Source of the DNA: a virus
Taxonomy: Duplodnaviria; Caudoviricetes
Virus record (IMG/VR): IMGVR_UViG_3300029309_000033
Span: 1 to 59,385 of that record
Length of the DNA stretch: 59,385 nucleotides
Strand: one strand, 5' to 3'
A model generated the notes under the pieces. It worked only from the letters and a program-made list of their open reading frames with translations. It ran no database searches and had not been told where the DNA came from. The position numbers were made by a program, and so were the translations under genes. Below, in pieces: positions 1-7,958 of this stretch. Numbering within the stretch: the first letter of the stretch is position 1; each line of letters starts with the position of its first letter.

Positions 1-410
1 GAAGTTGATTGTCCAGAAAGAGTGCTTCCACTCGTTCCAACAAAATCAAAACCAGAATTATTCATCGCTGATGTTCCTGTACCATCATGTTGTGCTTCAA
101 ACACGATAAAAGGATCCACAAACACCGTAGCCACTATATCTGAAGCGTTTGTGCTTGCAGGATAGAAGGCTTTGAATGTAGGTTTACTAGTTGATGGATC
201 TGTGAAGAAACAACCTCCGAACACACCCGCTTGTTGAGTGTCTCCAGCTGCCGCTTGTTCAATACCACCACCAGCTACCGCTTCAACCACTTGACCATTA
301 AAAATGGAAGTTCCATGGTTAGCCGCGATTTTATACTCTTCAGCTCTGATTCTTCCACCTGAAAGATGTCTTGTAGGTTTGAAACCAAAAGCCGCGTCTT
401 TATTAGCCAT
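1..410 (-). CDS. Partial second allele of the capsid-associated gene at 58664-59230 (runs off the left edge)
   Basis: ATG at 410; reads MANKDAAFGFKPTRHLSGGRIRAEEYKIAANHG, nearly identical to 58664-59230. Confidence 0.9.
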   Translation of the reverse strand, partial: MANKDAAFGFKPTRHLSGGRIRAEEYKIAANHGTSIFNGQVVEAVAGGGIEQAAAGDTQQAGVFGGCFFTDPSTSKPTFKAFYPASTNASDIVATVFVDPFIVFEAQHDGTGTSAMNNSGFDFVGTSGSTLSGQST

Positions 411-579
411 AGTATTGCTCCTTTTATGTACCTGCCCAAAAGGGCCTCCAGTACGATTTAATTATTCGTTGGGTAGGAATCGTTAAAAAATTAACTTTTC
501 TTTGTACCACCGAAGGTTACACGAGTCTGTCGATCACTATTGATCGGCATACTTGGATGCTGTTCCTTCATTAAATCAT
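1..579. repeat. Left copy of imperfect terminal redundancy (partner 58821-59385)
   Basis: 1-80 is identical to 58821-58900 and 482-579 is identical to 59288-59385; the middle has many substitutions and a different intergenic segment. Confidence 0.95.
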
Positions 580-946
580 TATCAATCGCGTCGTTTTGGT
601 CTTTGGTTTGTTGTGCAAAATATGCTTTGCGCGACTCAACAATCTCTTCCGGTATCCTTGCCAGCAAAAGGCCGCCAACTCCGATAACTCCTTTGTATTT
701 CCCGTCCTCCACACTTGGATAATCCTCATCAGAATATTCATCAGCTCTTACTAATTCATATCCTGATCTAATCTTAGCCGACATGTTTGATGTGTCATCA
801 AAACCTAACGACTCAGCTCTTATCCACCTGTGTTTAAAACCATCTGGTGCGGGTGGAGCATCTAAAGATGATGGTGGAGTCCAAACTTTTTTCTGTTGTT
901 TAACTTTCGTTTGGCTCGCACGAGAGTCTATTTTTTTATTTTCCAT
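491..946 (-). CDS. Head-module hypothetical protein
   Basis: 151-aa ORF between the scaffold and capsid-associated genes; its 3' end recurs at 59297-59385. Confidence 0.8.
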   Translation of the reverse strand: MENKKIDSRASQTKVKQQKKVWTPPSSLDAPPAPDGFKHRWIRAESLGFDDTSNMSAKIRSGYELVRADEYSDEDYPSVEDGKYKGVIGVGGLLLARIPEEIVESRKAYFAQQTKDQNDAIDNDLMKEQHPSMPINSDRQTRVTFGGTKKS

Positions 947-950
947 ATGC

Positions 951-1931
951 CTAAGCCCCTTTCGTGATTTTTAATTGTTTCGCATATTCTTCTAGTGGCA
1001 CACCTAATTTTTTAGCAATTGTTACTTGAGATGGCGTGAGTCTCACCGTTTTCTGCGACTTATTGTTTACACTTCGCTTTGCTGAAGCTACTGTTTGTGT
1101 TGGTTTAGTCGTTACCGTATCTTCAGTTCTACCAAATTTATGTGGAAAGTCAAGCCTCATACGTTTATCTATTTCAGTATAATACTCATCTGATTGAGCA
1201 TCAAAGCCCTCTTCCTCAGTTAATTTTTTATGTAAATCAAATACAGTGTATGTCATGGCACTATCTGTTCCAAACCAAGGGTTTTTTTCTGCCCATGCCT
1301 CAGCTTTTGGATCAGGTGTTGGTTGTTTAGGTGCCATTGCTTGATCTAATGTTTGAGTCTGAGTTTCTGCAGGTTTAGCTGCAGCTTGTTTTTTTAGATT
1401 AGCAACTCTAGCCTCCTCTACACCTAATCTAGCTATCATTTTTTGTGCCTCTACTTCAGCAGCTACATCGCCTGCCTCTCTAGCTTTAACTAGTTGCGAT
1501 TGTGCAGCTTGTAATCCAGAAACAACTCTGCCCTCCATGGCAGTCATGTAGTTAGGCTCTATCGTAGATAATTTAGTTTTTAAACTTTCTTGTTCTTTTT
1601 GAACTCCCTTAGCATATTCTATGGCAGCTTCTTTTTGTCGTTCTGCTTCACGCCATTTTTTAGTTAGCTTTGCAATTCTTTTTTGAACACCTTCACTATA
1701 ATCTTCTAGTTCTTTTTTCTTTTCTTCTTTTGGCTCTTCTTTTTTTGTTTCTTCTCTTGCATTAATCTCTTCTTCTTTTATTTCTTCGACTTTTATTATT
1801 TCCTTTGGTTCTTCAACTTTTTTATCTTCTTTATTCTCATCAAGGTTTACTTCTACTTCAGGTCCTGAAGTATCTATGTCAACCATTGGTACATTTTTTT
1901 TATTTTCTGTTTCTGTTTCTGTTTCTGGCAT
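951..1931 (-). CDS. Putative capsid scaffolding protein
   Basis: Acidic N-terminus, coiled-coil core, C-terminal VRLTPSQVTIAKKLGVPLEEYAKQ; upstream of the capsid genes on the circular map. Confidence 0.7.
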   Translation of the reverse strand: MPETETETENKKNVPMVDIDTSGPEVEVNLDENKEDKKVEEPKEIIKVEEIKEEEINAREETKKEEPKEEKKKELEDYSEGVQKRIAKLTKKWREAERQKEAAIEYAKGVQKEQESLKTKLSTIEPNYMTAMEGRVVSGLQAAQSQLVKAREAGDVAAEVEAQKMIARLGVEEARVANLKKQAAAKPAETQTQTLDQAMAPKQPTPDPKAEAWAEKNPWFGTDSAMTYTVFDLHKKLTEEEGFDAQSDEYYTEIDKRMRLDFPHKFGRTEDTVTTKPTQTVASAKRSVNNKSQKTVRLTPSQVTIAKKLGVPLEEYAKQLKITKGA

Positions 1932-1950
1932 AGTTTACTCCTTCTATGTT

Positions 1951-2394
1951 TTAATATTGATGAAATATATCTTCAGGGTTTTCGATGGTTGCTAAAATTT
2001 CATCATCATTTAGCAATCTAACTTCCCCACCATCGATTTGCATTCTAGATCCAGCATACCTTGCGTAAATAACCCAGTCGCCTTTTTTACACCAAGGGCC
2101 TTCAGGATATCTTTCTTTGTCGTAACATTTTGAACCCATTTTTAAAACTAGTCCACATTGTGATGCAACTTGCTGTCTCTCTAAAGTTTCTTGACCAAGA
2201 TAAAGTCCGCCTTTAGTTTTATCTTTCATTCTAAAAGGTAAAACTAAAACTCTCCATCCAGTTGGTTCTGGTAATTTAGAATTTTCTTTTTTTGATAAAT
2301 CTACTTCTGGTTCTTTTTCAGCTTCTATCTTGTCTAATAGTGCTGGTTTAAGTTTTGGGACCTCTGTTGAGATCGATGACTGTTCCTTTTTCAT
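1951..2394 (-). CDS. groES: Co-chaperonin GroES-like protein
   Basis: PTGWRVLV...KTKGGLYL...KGDWVIYARYAG...RLLNDDEILA matches the GroES pattern. Confidence 0.9.
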   Translation of the reverse strand: MKKEQSSISTEVPKLKPALLDKIEAEKEPEVDLSKKENSKLPEPTGWRVLVLPFRMKDKTKGGLYLGQETLERQQVASQCGLVLKMGSKCYDKERYPEGPWCKKGDWVIYARYAGSRMQIDGGEVRLLNDDEILATIENPEDIFHQY

Positions 2395-2587
2395 TTTTTT
2401 GCTCCTTATTGTCTAGCAGGTTAGAGATTTCCTGTAACATAATTTGATATGTATTAGCTTGTCCTAGTAGATACTTATATTTTTCCATGTTGTCAACCCC
2501 GCCACTAATCAAAATATCTCCTATCTTTTGTAAGTTGTCTCTCATTAACTTTTGTAATTTAGCGATTATTACTAATCCATCTTCCAT
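2348..2587 (-). CDS. Hypothetical protein
   Basis: 79-aa ORF coupled to its neighbours. Confidence 0.7.
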   Translation of the reverse strand: MEDGLVIIAKLQKLMRDNLQKIGDILISGGVDNMEKYKYLLGQANTYQIMLQEISNLLDNKEQKNEKGTVIDLNRGPKT

Positions 2588-2805
2588 TATAACTGTGTTC
2601 CTTTCTCTGGTTCAAATTCATCTAATACATCAAGTTTTTCTTTTGCATTAGCTATCTTTTCTATTTGTTTGTTTACCTCCTCAATGTGCTGAGGGTGCTC
2701 TCCTATACCAACACTATTTTCTAAATATATGTTTGCTGTGGCATCAGCCTCTGCAATCTCGGCTTCATATTTAGCACGAAGTGCTTCCAGTATTGCTCTT
2801 CTCAC
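2587..2805 (-). CDS. Hypothetical protein
   Basis: 72-aa ORF containing VGIGEHP; stop/start overlaps. Confidence 0.75.
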   Translation of the reverse strand: MRRAILEALRAKYEAEIAEADATANIYLENSVGIGEHPQHIEEVNKQIEKIANAKEKLDVLDEFEPEKGTQL

Positions 2806-3077
2806 GCTCTAGCCTTTCTTATAGACTCTTTTCCTTTTTTAAATATAGAGGCTACTTCTCTTTTACCCATGACCTTTGCTCTTTGTTCTCCAACAGTTAA
2901 AATTTGAATTTTTCTAGCAAACGGTTTAGATATCTTTTTAACTTTTGCCACCGTCTTTCTCGCATCTGTCGGCGTTGCAAATTTAATTCTAACAGTATCT
3001 TTAGGATTCTCATCTGTGTATAATCTTCTACCAGAGCCTTTTGGTTTCTTACCTGTACCTACTTTAGGATCTACCAT
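2802..3077 (-). CDS. Small basic protein
   Basis: 91 aa, K/R-rich, GRRLYTDENPKDTV. Confidence 0.75.
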   Translation of the reverse strand: MVDPKVGTGKKPKGSGRRLYTDENPKDTVRIKFATPTDARKTVAKVKKISKPFARKIQILTVGEQRAKVMGKREVASIFKKGKESIRKARA

Positions 3078-3180
3078 GTTTCATCTTTTTAATATGTTTG
3101 GTAATAATTTTTGATTGCTTTTTATGTAACTTAGAAGCTTTGTTTAAAGCCTTAGCTACTTTTTTTAGTTTTTTTACCAT
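3064..3180 (-). CDS. 38-aa basic protein (not in ORF track)
   Basis: MVKKLKKVAKALNKASKLHKKQSKIITKHIKKMKHGRS; GGAG upstream. Confidence 0.65.
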   Translation of the reverse strand: MVKKLKKVAKALNKASKLHKKQSKIITKHIKKMKHGRS

Positions 3181-3283
3181 TAATAACTCCCTTTAATGTC
3201 TTAGCTTGACCTGCATGTAATTTAGAAGCTTTTTTTAAGCCTTTAATTACACCTTTTATTTTTTTTGTTTTTCCATTTTTCAT
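3152..3283 (-). CDS. 43-aa basic protein, paralog of 3064-3180 (not in ORF track)
   Basis: MKNGKTKKIKGVIKGLKKASKLHAGQAKTLKGVINGKKTKKSS; AGGAG upstream. Confidence 0.65.
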   Translation of the reverse strand: MKNGKTKKIKGVIKGLKKASKLHAGQAKTLKGVINGKKTKKSS

Positions 3284-3393
3284 GTTTTTCTCCTTTTGTA
3301 TTTTTCTCTCCAGTATTTAGCTCTCTCTAAACATCTGATTCTGTAATCTAGTTTATCTAAACCCAGTATTTTTTTAAATAGATTTGTTAACAT
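3280..3393 (-). CDS. 37-aa basic protein (not in ORF track)
   Basis: MLTNLFKKILGLDKLDYRIRCLERAKYWREKYKRRKT; ATGA overlap with the next gene. Confidence 0.55.
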   Translation of the reverse strand: MLTNLFKKILGLDKLDYRIRCLERAKYWREKYKRRKT

Positions 3394-3677
3394 TTCCATC
3401 TTCTTCTAGCCTGACGTAGTCTAGAATTAGGATCTTTTGCTGCTTTAGGAAATTTTTTCATTTGTCCTAGTGATCTTGCACAGAAAGATTTTCTGCGTTT
3501 AGCAGCTTTTGATCCTGGCTTCACTTTACCAGTCACAGCTGTTTTTAATTTAGAACCAGGGTTAAGTCTTCTATAAGCTTTTACCCCAGCCTCTGTCATC
3601 CCGGCTCCCTTTTTGGTTGCACGAAAATTTTTTTTATTTCTAGCAGGCATTGTGCCTTTTGAATAATATGCCCTCAT
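3387..3677 (-). CDS. Small basic protein (DUF6321-like)
   Basis: GMTEAGVKAYRRLNPGSKLK...RRKSFCAR...DPNSRLRQARRRWKC; family recognised from memory. Confidence 0.7.
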   Translation of the reverse strand: MRAYYSKGTMPARNKKNFRATKKGAGMTEAGVKAYRRLNPGSKLKTAVTGKVKPGSKAAKRRKSFCARSLGQMKKFPKAAKDPNSRLRQARRRWKC

Positions 3678-3832
3678 CAGATCCTCTGCATTCTTGGATC
3701 AGTTGATAAAATATTTTTCTTTGCTTTTGGTCTAGAGATAGAGTCTTTACTTCTTTTTCTAAGTTGTGCGATAGCAGATTCTTTTAACGCCTTTTCTTTT
3801 TTTAATATTTTTAAATCTCTTTCTAGATTCAT
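3677..3832 (-). CDS. 51-aa basic protein (not in ORF track)
   Basis: MNLERDLKILKKEKALKESAIAQLRKRSK...; TAATG and TGATG coupling at the two ends. Confidence 0.65.
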   Translation of the reverse strand: MNLERDLKILKKEKALKESAIAQLRKRSKDSISRPKAKKNILSTDPRMQRI

Positions 3833-4206
3833 TACAGCATGCCTTTATAGTATTTTACATAAGATGGATTAGATAGGTTGACCCCACCGTACTCACCTTT
3901 GATACTCTTACCAATATATCCCGCAGCATAACCTTTAGCTGCCTTAGCTCTCTTTGTGAAAGTTTTTACATTAGTTGGTTTGCCGCCAACACCTTGAGCA
4001 ACTGCTCTCTTTCTGGAGACAGCTGATTTTCTCTGTCCCTCTGTCATACGTCTTGCTTTTGCTAGAGGCACGCATTTTGGATACTTACGCTTTGCATCCG
4101 CTTTCTGTTTAGAACGGCCACACTTAGAGAAAGAGCCATCTTTCTTTTTGCTACCTATGTCCACCCACTTCTGAGCAAACCATTTTTTTAAACCGTTCTT
4201 TGCCAT
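3832..4206 (-). CDS. Small basic protein (DUF5872-like)
   Basis: Start moved to MAKNGLKKWFAQKWVDIG; CGRS...YPKCVP. Confidence 0.7.
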   Translation of the reverse strand: MAKNGLKKWFAQKWVDIGSKKKDGSFSKCGRSKQKADAKRKYPKCVPLAKARRMTEGQRKSAVSRKRAVAQGVGGKPTNVKTFTKRAKAAKGYAAGYIGKSIKGEYGGVNLSNPSYVKYYKGML

Positions 4207-4207
4207 G

Positions 4208-4501
4208 TTACTTATTTGGTCTTCTAGCTGCACCAAATCCTTTTAACTGTATGCAGGTTCCACCCATACCAAAACCTTGTCGTTTTAGTCTTTGTGTTGC
4301 CTCCATGAGGCCACCTTTGGCCTTATATATCCTGCCGCCCTCAGCTTTTTTGGGACCTCTGAAATCTTTTCTTTTCACACCAGATGGGTCTTTAATCTTA
4401 CCTGCACAGATTTTAGAAGCATATGCGTTCGCGTATGCACTGGGATATACTTTGAACTTACGCTTCGCCGCTGCTTTACCTCTAGGACATAATTTAGTCA
4501 T
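4208..4501 (-). CDS. Small basic protein
   Basis: MTKLCPRGKAAAKRKFKVYPSAYANAY; repeated xxGG motifs. Confidence 0.75.
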   Translation of the reverse strand: MTKLCPRGKAAAKRKFKVYPSAYANAYASKICAGKIKDPSGVKRKDFRGPKKAEGGRIYKAKGGLMEATQRLKRQGFGMGGTCIQLKGFGAARRPNK

Positions 4502-4650
4502 TAAGTTTTTCTCGCTGTTTGTGCAGCTCTTCTAAAGTTAGCTGCAGTTGGTGAACCTTTGGCTCCTCGTTTTCTCATTTTCTCTCCAGAGCCAGCTTTG
4601 ATTCTAGCTTTTTTAGCTGCAATGTTTGCGTACAAACCTTTACCAGCCAT
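4501..4650 (-). CDS. 49-aa basic protein (not in ORF track)
   Basis: MAGKGLYANIAAKKARIKAGSGEKMRKRGAKGSPTAANFRRAAQTARKT; TAATG coupling at both ends. Confidence 0.75.
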   Translation of the reverse strand: MAGKGLYANIAAKKARIKAGSGEKMRKRGAKGSPTAANFRRAAQTARKT

Positions 4651-4940
4651 TACTTACCTTTTTTCTTAGCCATCATAAATTTTCTAAGGCCTGGGTTTAA
4701 CTTAGACATTCCGCCGCCCATTTTTTTAACTCTGCCACCTTTCATCATTTTTTTAGCTGATGCTGCTGCAGATTTCATGGACTCAGTTTTATTGTTGTCT
4801 TTATCTAAATCTAAAAAATCAGGTTTAGATCCTTTCATCATGGGCTTTCTTTTCATCATTCCGCCGCCCATTTTTTTAACTCTTCCACCCATCTTGTATC
4901 CTTTAGGTGAAACTTGTTTGTTGTATAGTCTATTTGGCAT
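4650..4940 (-). CDS. Met/Lys/Gly-rich basic protein
   Basis: GGRVKKMGGGM occurs twice. Confidence 0.75.
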   Translation of the reverse strand: MPNRLYNKQVSPKGYKMGGRVKKMGGGMMKRKPMMKGSKPDFLDLDKDNNKTESMKSAAASAKKMMKGGRVKKMGGGMSKLNPGLRKFMMAKKKGK

Positions 4941-5332
4941 TATTTTTTTCCTCCTTTAAATATTTGCGTTCCCTTTATACCATAAATACTCGCCACGACA
5001 AGGATCCATAAATTTGTGAACCATGACGGCAGCTGTTGGAACTGTTCAAAAAACTCTTTTATCTTTGCAGACGCTGACGGATCGTCCGAGAAGACCCCGT
5101 ACGCAATCACCAGTATCGGGAGCGTTAACACGACCAACACGAACTCGTCTTTCCAGTCCGATTGTCTAGCTTCTAGTAATTTTCCAGAATATTCTAACTC
5201 ACCGTTTGCCATTTTCTCAGCGTGTTTGGCTTGTGCGTTAGCCATCATCATTTGTGTTTCTTTTTTCTTCTTATAAATGTGCGAACCAGCATTTACTGCA
5301 AGTTTTAGTGCACCTAAAATAGGAAATGCCAT
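4940..5332 (-). CDS. Membrane protein, possible holin
   Basis: SDWKDEF followed by two hydrophobic helices; resembles 3TM GTA-type holins. Confidence 0.55.
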   Translation of the reverse strand: MAFPILGALKLAVNAGSHIYKKKKETQMMMANAQAKHAEKMANGELEYSGKLLEARQSDWKDEFVLVVLTLPILVIAYGVFSDDPSASAKIKEFFEQFQQLPSWFTNLWILVVASIYGIKGTQIFKGGKK

Positions 5333-5337
5333 AAATT

Positions 5338-7824
5338 TTACTCCTCTCCTCTAACAATTGATACTTGATTTGGTATTTTATCCGTTGATGGTATAGTTTT
5401 ACTTAAAATAGTTTTTTGAATAGACGTATCAGCTCTTAACTTAGACAGTTTTTCATTCTGATCTAGTTTTTCATCTTGATTTTGGTCGTTCATCATCGCT
5501 TTCATACGATCTAGGTCTAATCTTTCCTTACCTTCACGCTCTTTTCTCTCATTTTCTCTTGCTTGTAAGTCTATTTCTCTAGACCTTAGTGCAGCAATAG
5601 GGTCATTATCAAATCTTGACGTAATTTTATTCTCTTCTTCAGCAAAATCTTTCATCATTTCTGATATTAATACTGCTTTTCTAGCTTCAATCCTCTCTGT
5701 TAACATTCTAACCTGCATTTGTAGTTGTGGGTTTTGCATGGCCATCTGTTGCATCTGTGCAAGTTGTGGTAATTCTTGTTTAAATTCTATTTCAATTTGT
5801 TCTTGTGCCATTAAACTAATGTGCTCTAGAATATTTTTTTGTATTGCAGCACCTATCACTGGTGAATTTTTCACCATGTTAGTTTCCATAAAATTTAAAT
5901 GCGCTGTAATATGCGCTTGGTGGTCTTGACCTGGAAATGCTTGAAAAGGTTTACCAGCTAGCGCATCAATGTGCTCTAACGCTGGATCTTTTGGCATTGG
6001 TGGTTGTGGTTTTTTTAAAATTAAATCTATGTCTTTAACACCTAATGCTTCGTACATGTTTCTGTAAACTTCATACTGGTTGTGAATAGCAGGATTAGAT
6101 GCTGCCAGCTGCATTTCAGTTTGAGCTAAAGATATCCTTTGCGTTTGGCTAAAGATATTGGGATCTGCAACTGGCAGTATGTCAATACGGTCATCAAAAT
6201 CAGATTGCTTGATTTGTCTTTGACCGCCAACAACGTCATAGGGATAGACTGGAGGTAGGTAAAGTTTAAAGACTCTAGCCATTAAACTAAACTCTCTTCT
6301 CATTGAGGCATAGAGCCTCTTGTGGATGGCTGACATTGTTCTAGATCCTCTTTCCAACATAGCAACAGTTGTGCCAACAGCCGCTTGTTGATTGCCTTCA
6401 CCGACTTGTAAGTCAGCAATAGAGGCAAATCTTTGTCCTGCCTGAACCACGATACCCATCAACTGTAACAATGTGCCTGATGGTTCTTTAAATGGTAAAG
6501 GCATAAATGCATCTCTCAAATTACCACCTGGTGCATCTACGTCTCTAAATTCACCTGGCTGTATTGGAGCTGCTTCATCTCTTAATTTTATACCACGCAT
6601 CTTAAATCCTGATGGCTGATTAGAAAAGGTTCCAGCGTCAAGAAGCGATCTTAACGCTGCAGTTGCAGTTCTAGATAGTCCACCTATCATGTGGATTAAA
6701 CCAAAACCGTAAAATCCTAGACCTGGTAAAAATTTAAAATGAACAAAATATTGTATCTTACTTCTAGTTGCATCGTTTACTTCGTAGTTTCTTCTAATAG
6801 ATAATACTTCATTAGATCCTTCTTCGATTGTAACTATGTAAGGCAACTTGATACCTGTCGCTTGATCAGCGCTATCAGTATCTTCAAAACCCTCTATGTC
6901 TAAATTTACATGACACTCCAACAACGTAAACATTTGTTGGTCTCTACTTTTGCTCATGCCATCTAGCTCTCGTTCTTTTTTCTGTGACTCTGTCTCTTCA
7001 CTTTGTCCTGGTGACAGCTCAATGTCTCTGTAGAATCCAGCGACCTGTTGCTTTCTTAATTCGTTTTCTGACATTTTAACAACATGAATAATTGTTTCCG
7101 CATCATCTAATGAGGTAGCTGAATACGGAACAATTAAATCATCTGCAGAAACAAATTTAGAAACTGTTCTCTGCATAATCTCGTCGTAATAAATTTTTTT
7201 AAATGTTGAACCTGTTAATGGTAAATAAAATAACATCTGATCAAACTCTGGTTCATACTCTTTCATCTCTGACATTATTTGGTAATTCATAAATTCTTTT
7301 ACACGTAGTGCTTGTGCTTCTTTGTCTGGAGTTGATGCACCAATAATTTGTGTTCTAACTGGTCCTTGTGATGGTAATAATTCTTTGTATGCTAATGCTT
7401 GAAACTGTGTGACAGCTTCTGCTAATACTGGGTGTGTTGCACCTGATGCGCCTTTGAACGGTTCTGATTTTTCTTCATATTTAAATCCTAAAAGATCTAA
7501 ACCGTTTGTGTATGCATGTTCCCAATCTTTTCTTGATGTTTTGTAATCTTGATAATTAGAAAACAGTTCACTGCCAATAGGCCCTAATACTTCTTCTGGT
7601 AATAACTCTGCAAGATTTGCAAAGTGATCTTGTCCTTGCTCTTCACCAGCAACAGACGGACTAAATTCTATATCAACACTACCATCTTCATTTGGTTTTA
7701 TGTTTAGGGGTGGGTTATCAGCTATCTCTTTTTGCTGATCTTGAATATCTACTACTATCTCTTCAGGACTAGGTACGTTTATTGTTTGCTTTACGTTCGG
7801 TAAAGACTTGTCTATTTCTGCCAT
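5338..7824 (-). CDS. Portal protein
   Basis: 828 aa next to TerL; HPVLAEAVTQFQA, GFYGFGLIH, C-terminal coiled coil. Confidence 0.85.
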   Translation of the reverse strand: MAEIDKSLPNVKQTINVPSPEEIVVDIQDQQKEIADNPPLNIKPNEDGSVDIEFSPSVAGEEQGQDHFANLAELLPEEVLGPIGSELFSNYQDYKTSRKDWEHAYTNGLDLLGFKYEEKSEPFKGASGATHPVLAEAVTQFQALAYKELLPSQGPVRTQIIGASTPDKEAQALRVKEFMNYQIMSEMKEYEPEFDQMLFYLPLTGSTFKKIYYDEIMQRTVSKFVSADDLIVPYSATSLDDAETIIHVVKMSENELRKQQVAGFYRDIELSPGQSEETESQKKERELDGMSKSRDQQMFTLLECHVNLDIEGFEDTDSADQATGIKLPYIVTIEEGSNEVLSIRRNYEVNDATRSKIQYFVHFKFLPGLGFYGFGLIHMIGGLSRTATAALRSLLDAGTFSNQPSGFKMRGIKLRDEAAPIQPGEFRDVDAPGGNLRDAFMPLPFKEPSGTLLQLMGIVVQAGQRFASIADLQVGEGNQQAAVGTTVAMLERGSRTMSAIHKRLYASMRREFSLMARVFKLYLPPVYPYDVVGGQRQIKQSDFDDRIDILPVADPNIFSQTQRISLAQTEMQLAASNPAIHNQYEVYRNMYEALGVKDIDLILKKPQPPMPKDPALEHIDALAGKPFQAFPGQDHQAHITAHLNFMETNMVKNSPVIGAAIQKNILEHISLMAQEQIEIEFKQELPQLAQMQQMAMQNPQLQMQVRMLTERIEARKAVLISEMMKDFAEEENKITSRFDNDPIAALRSREIDLQARENERKEREGKERLDLDRMKAMMNDQNQDEKLDQNEKLSKLRADTSIQKTILSKTIPSTDKIPNQVSIVRGEE

Positions 7825-7957
7825 TTGTTTTCTCCAGTTTTACCGTCTTAACAGTATTATAGTCAACATTCAACCCTTGTGGTGTAGGGCCAGATTTAGG
7901 AGGGGCTCCTGTCGATAGTTTCTTGTATTTACTAGGGTGTTTAAATGTGAATGTCAT
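7769..7957 (-). CDS. Small hypothetical protein
   Basis: Start moved to MTFTFKHPSKY; PPKSGPTPQGL. Confidence 0.55.
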   Translation of the reverse strand: MTFTFKHPSKYKKLSTGAPPKSGPTPQGLNVDYNTVKTVKLEKTNGRNRQVFTERKANNKRT

Positions 7958-7958
7958 A

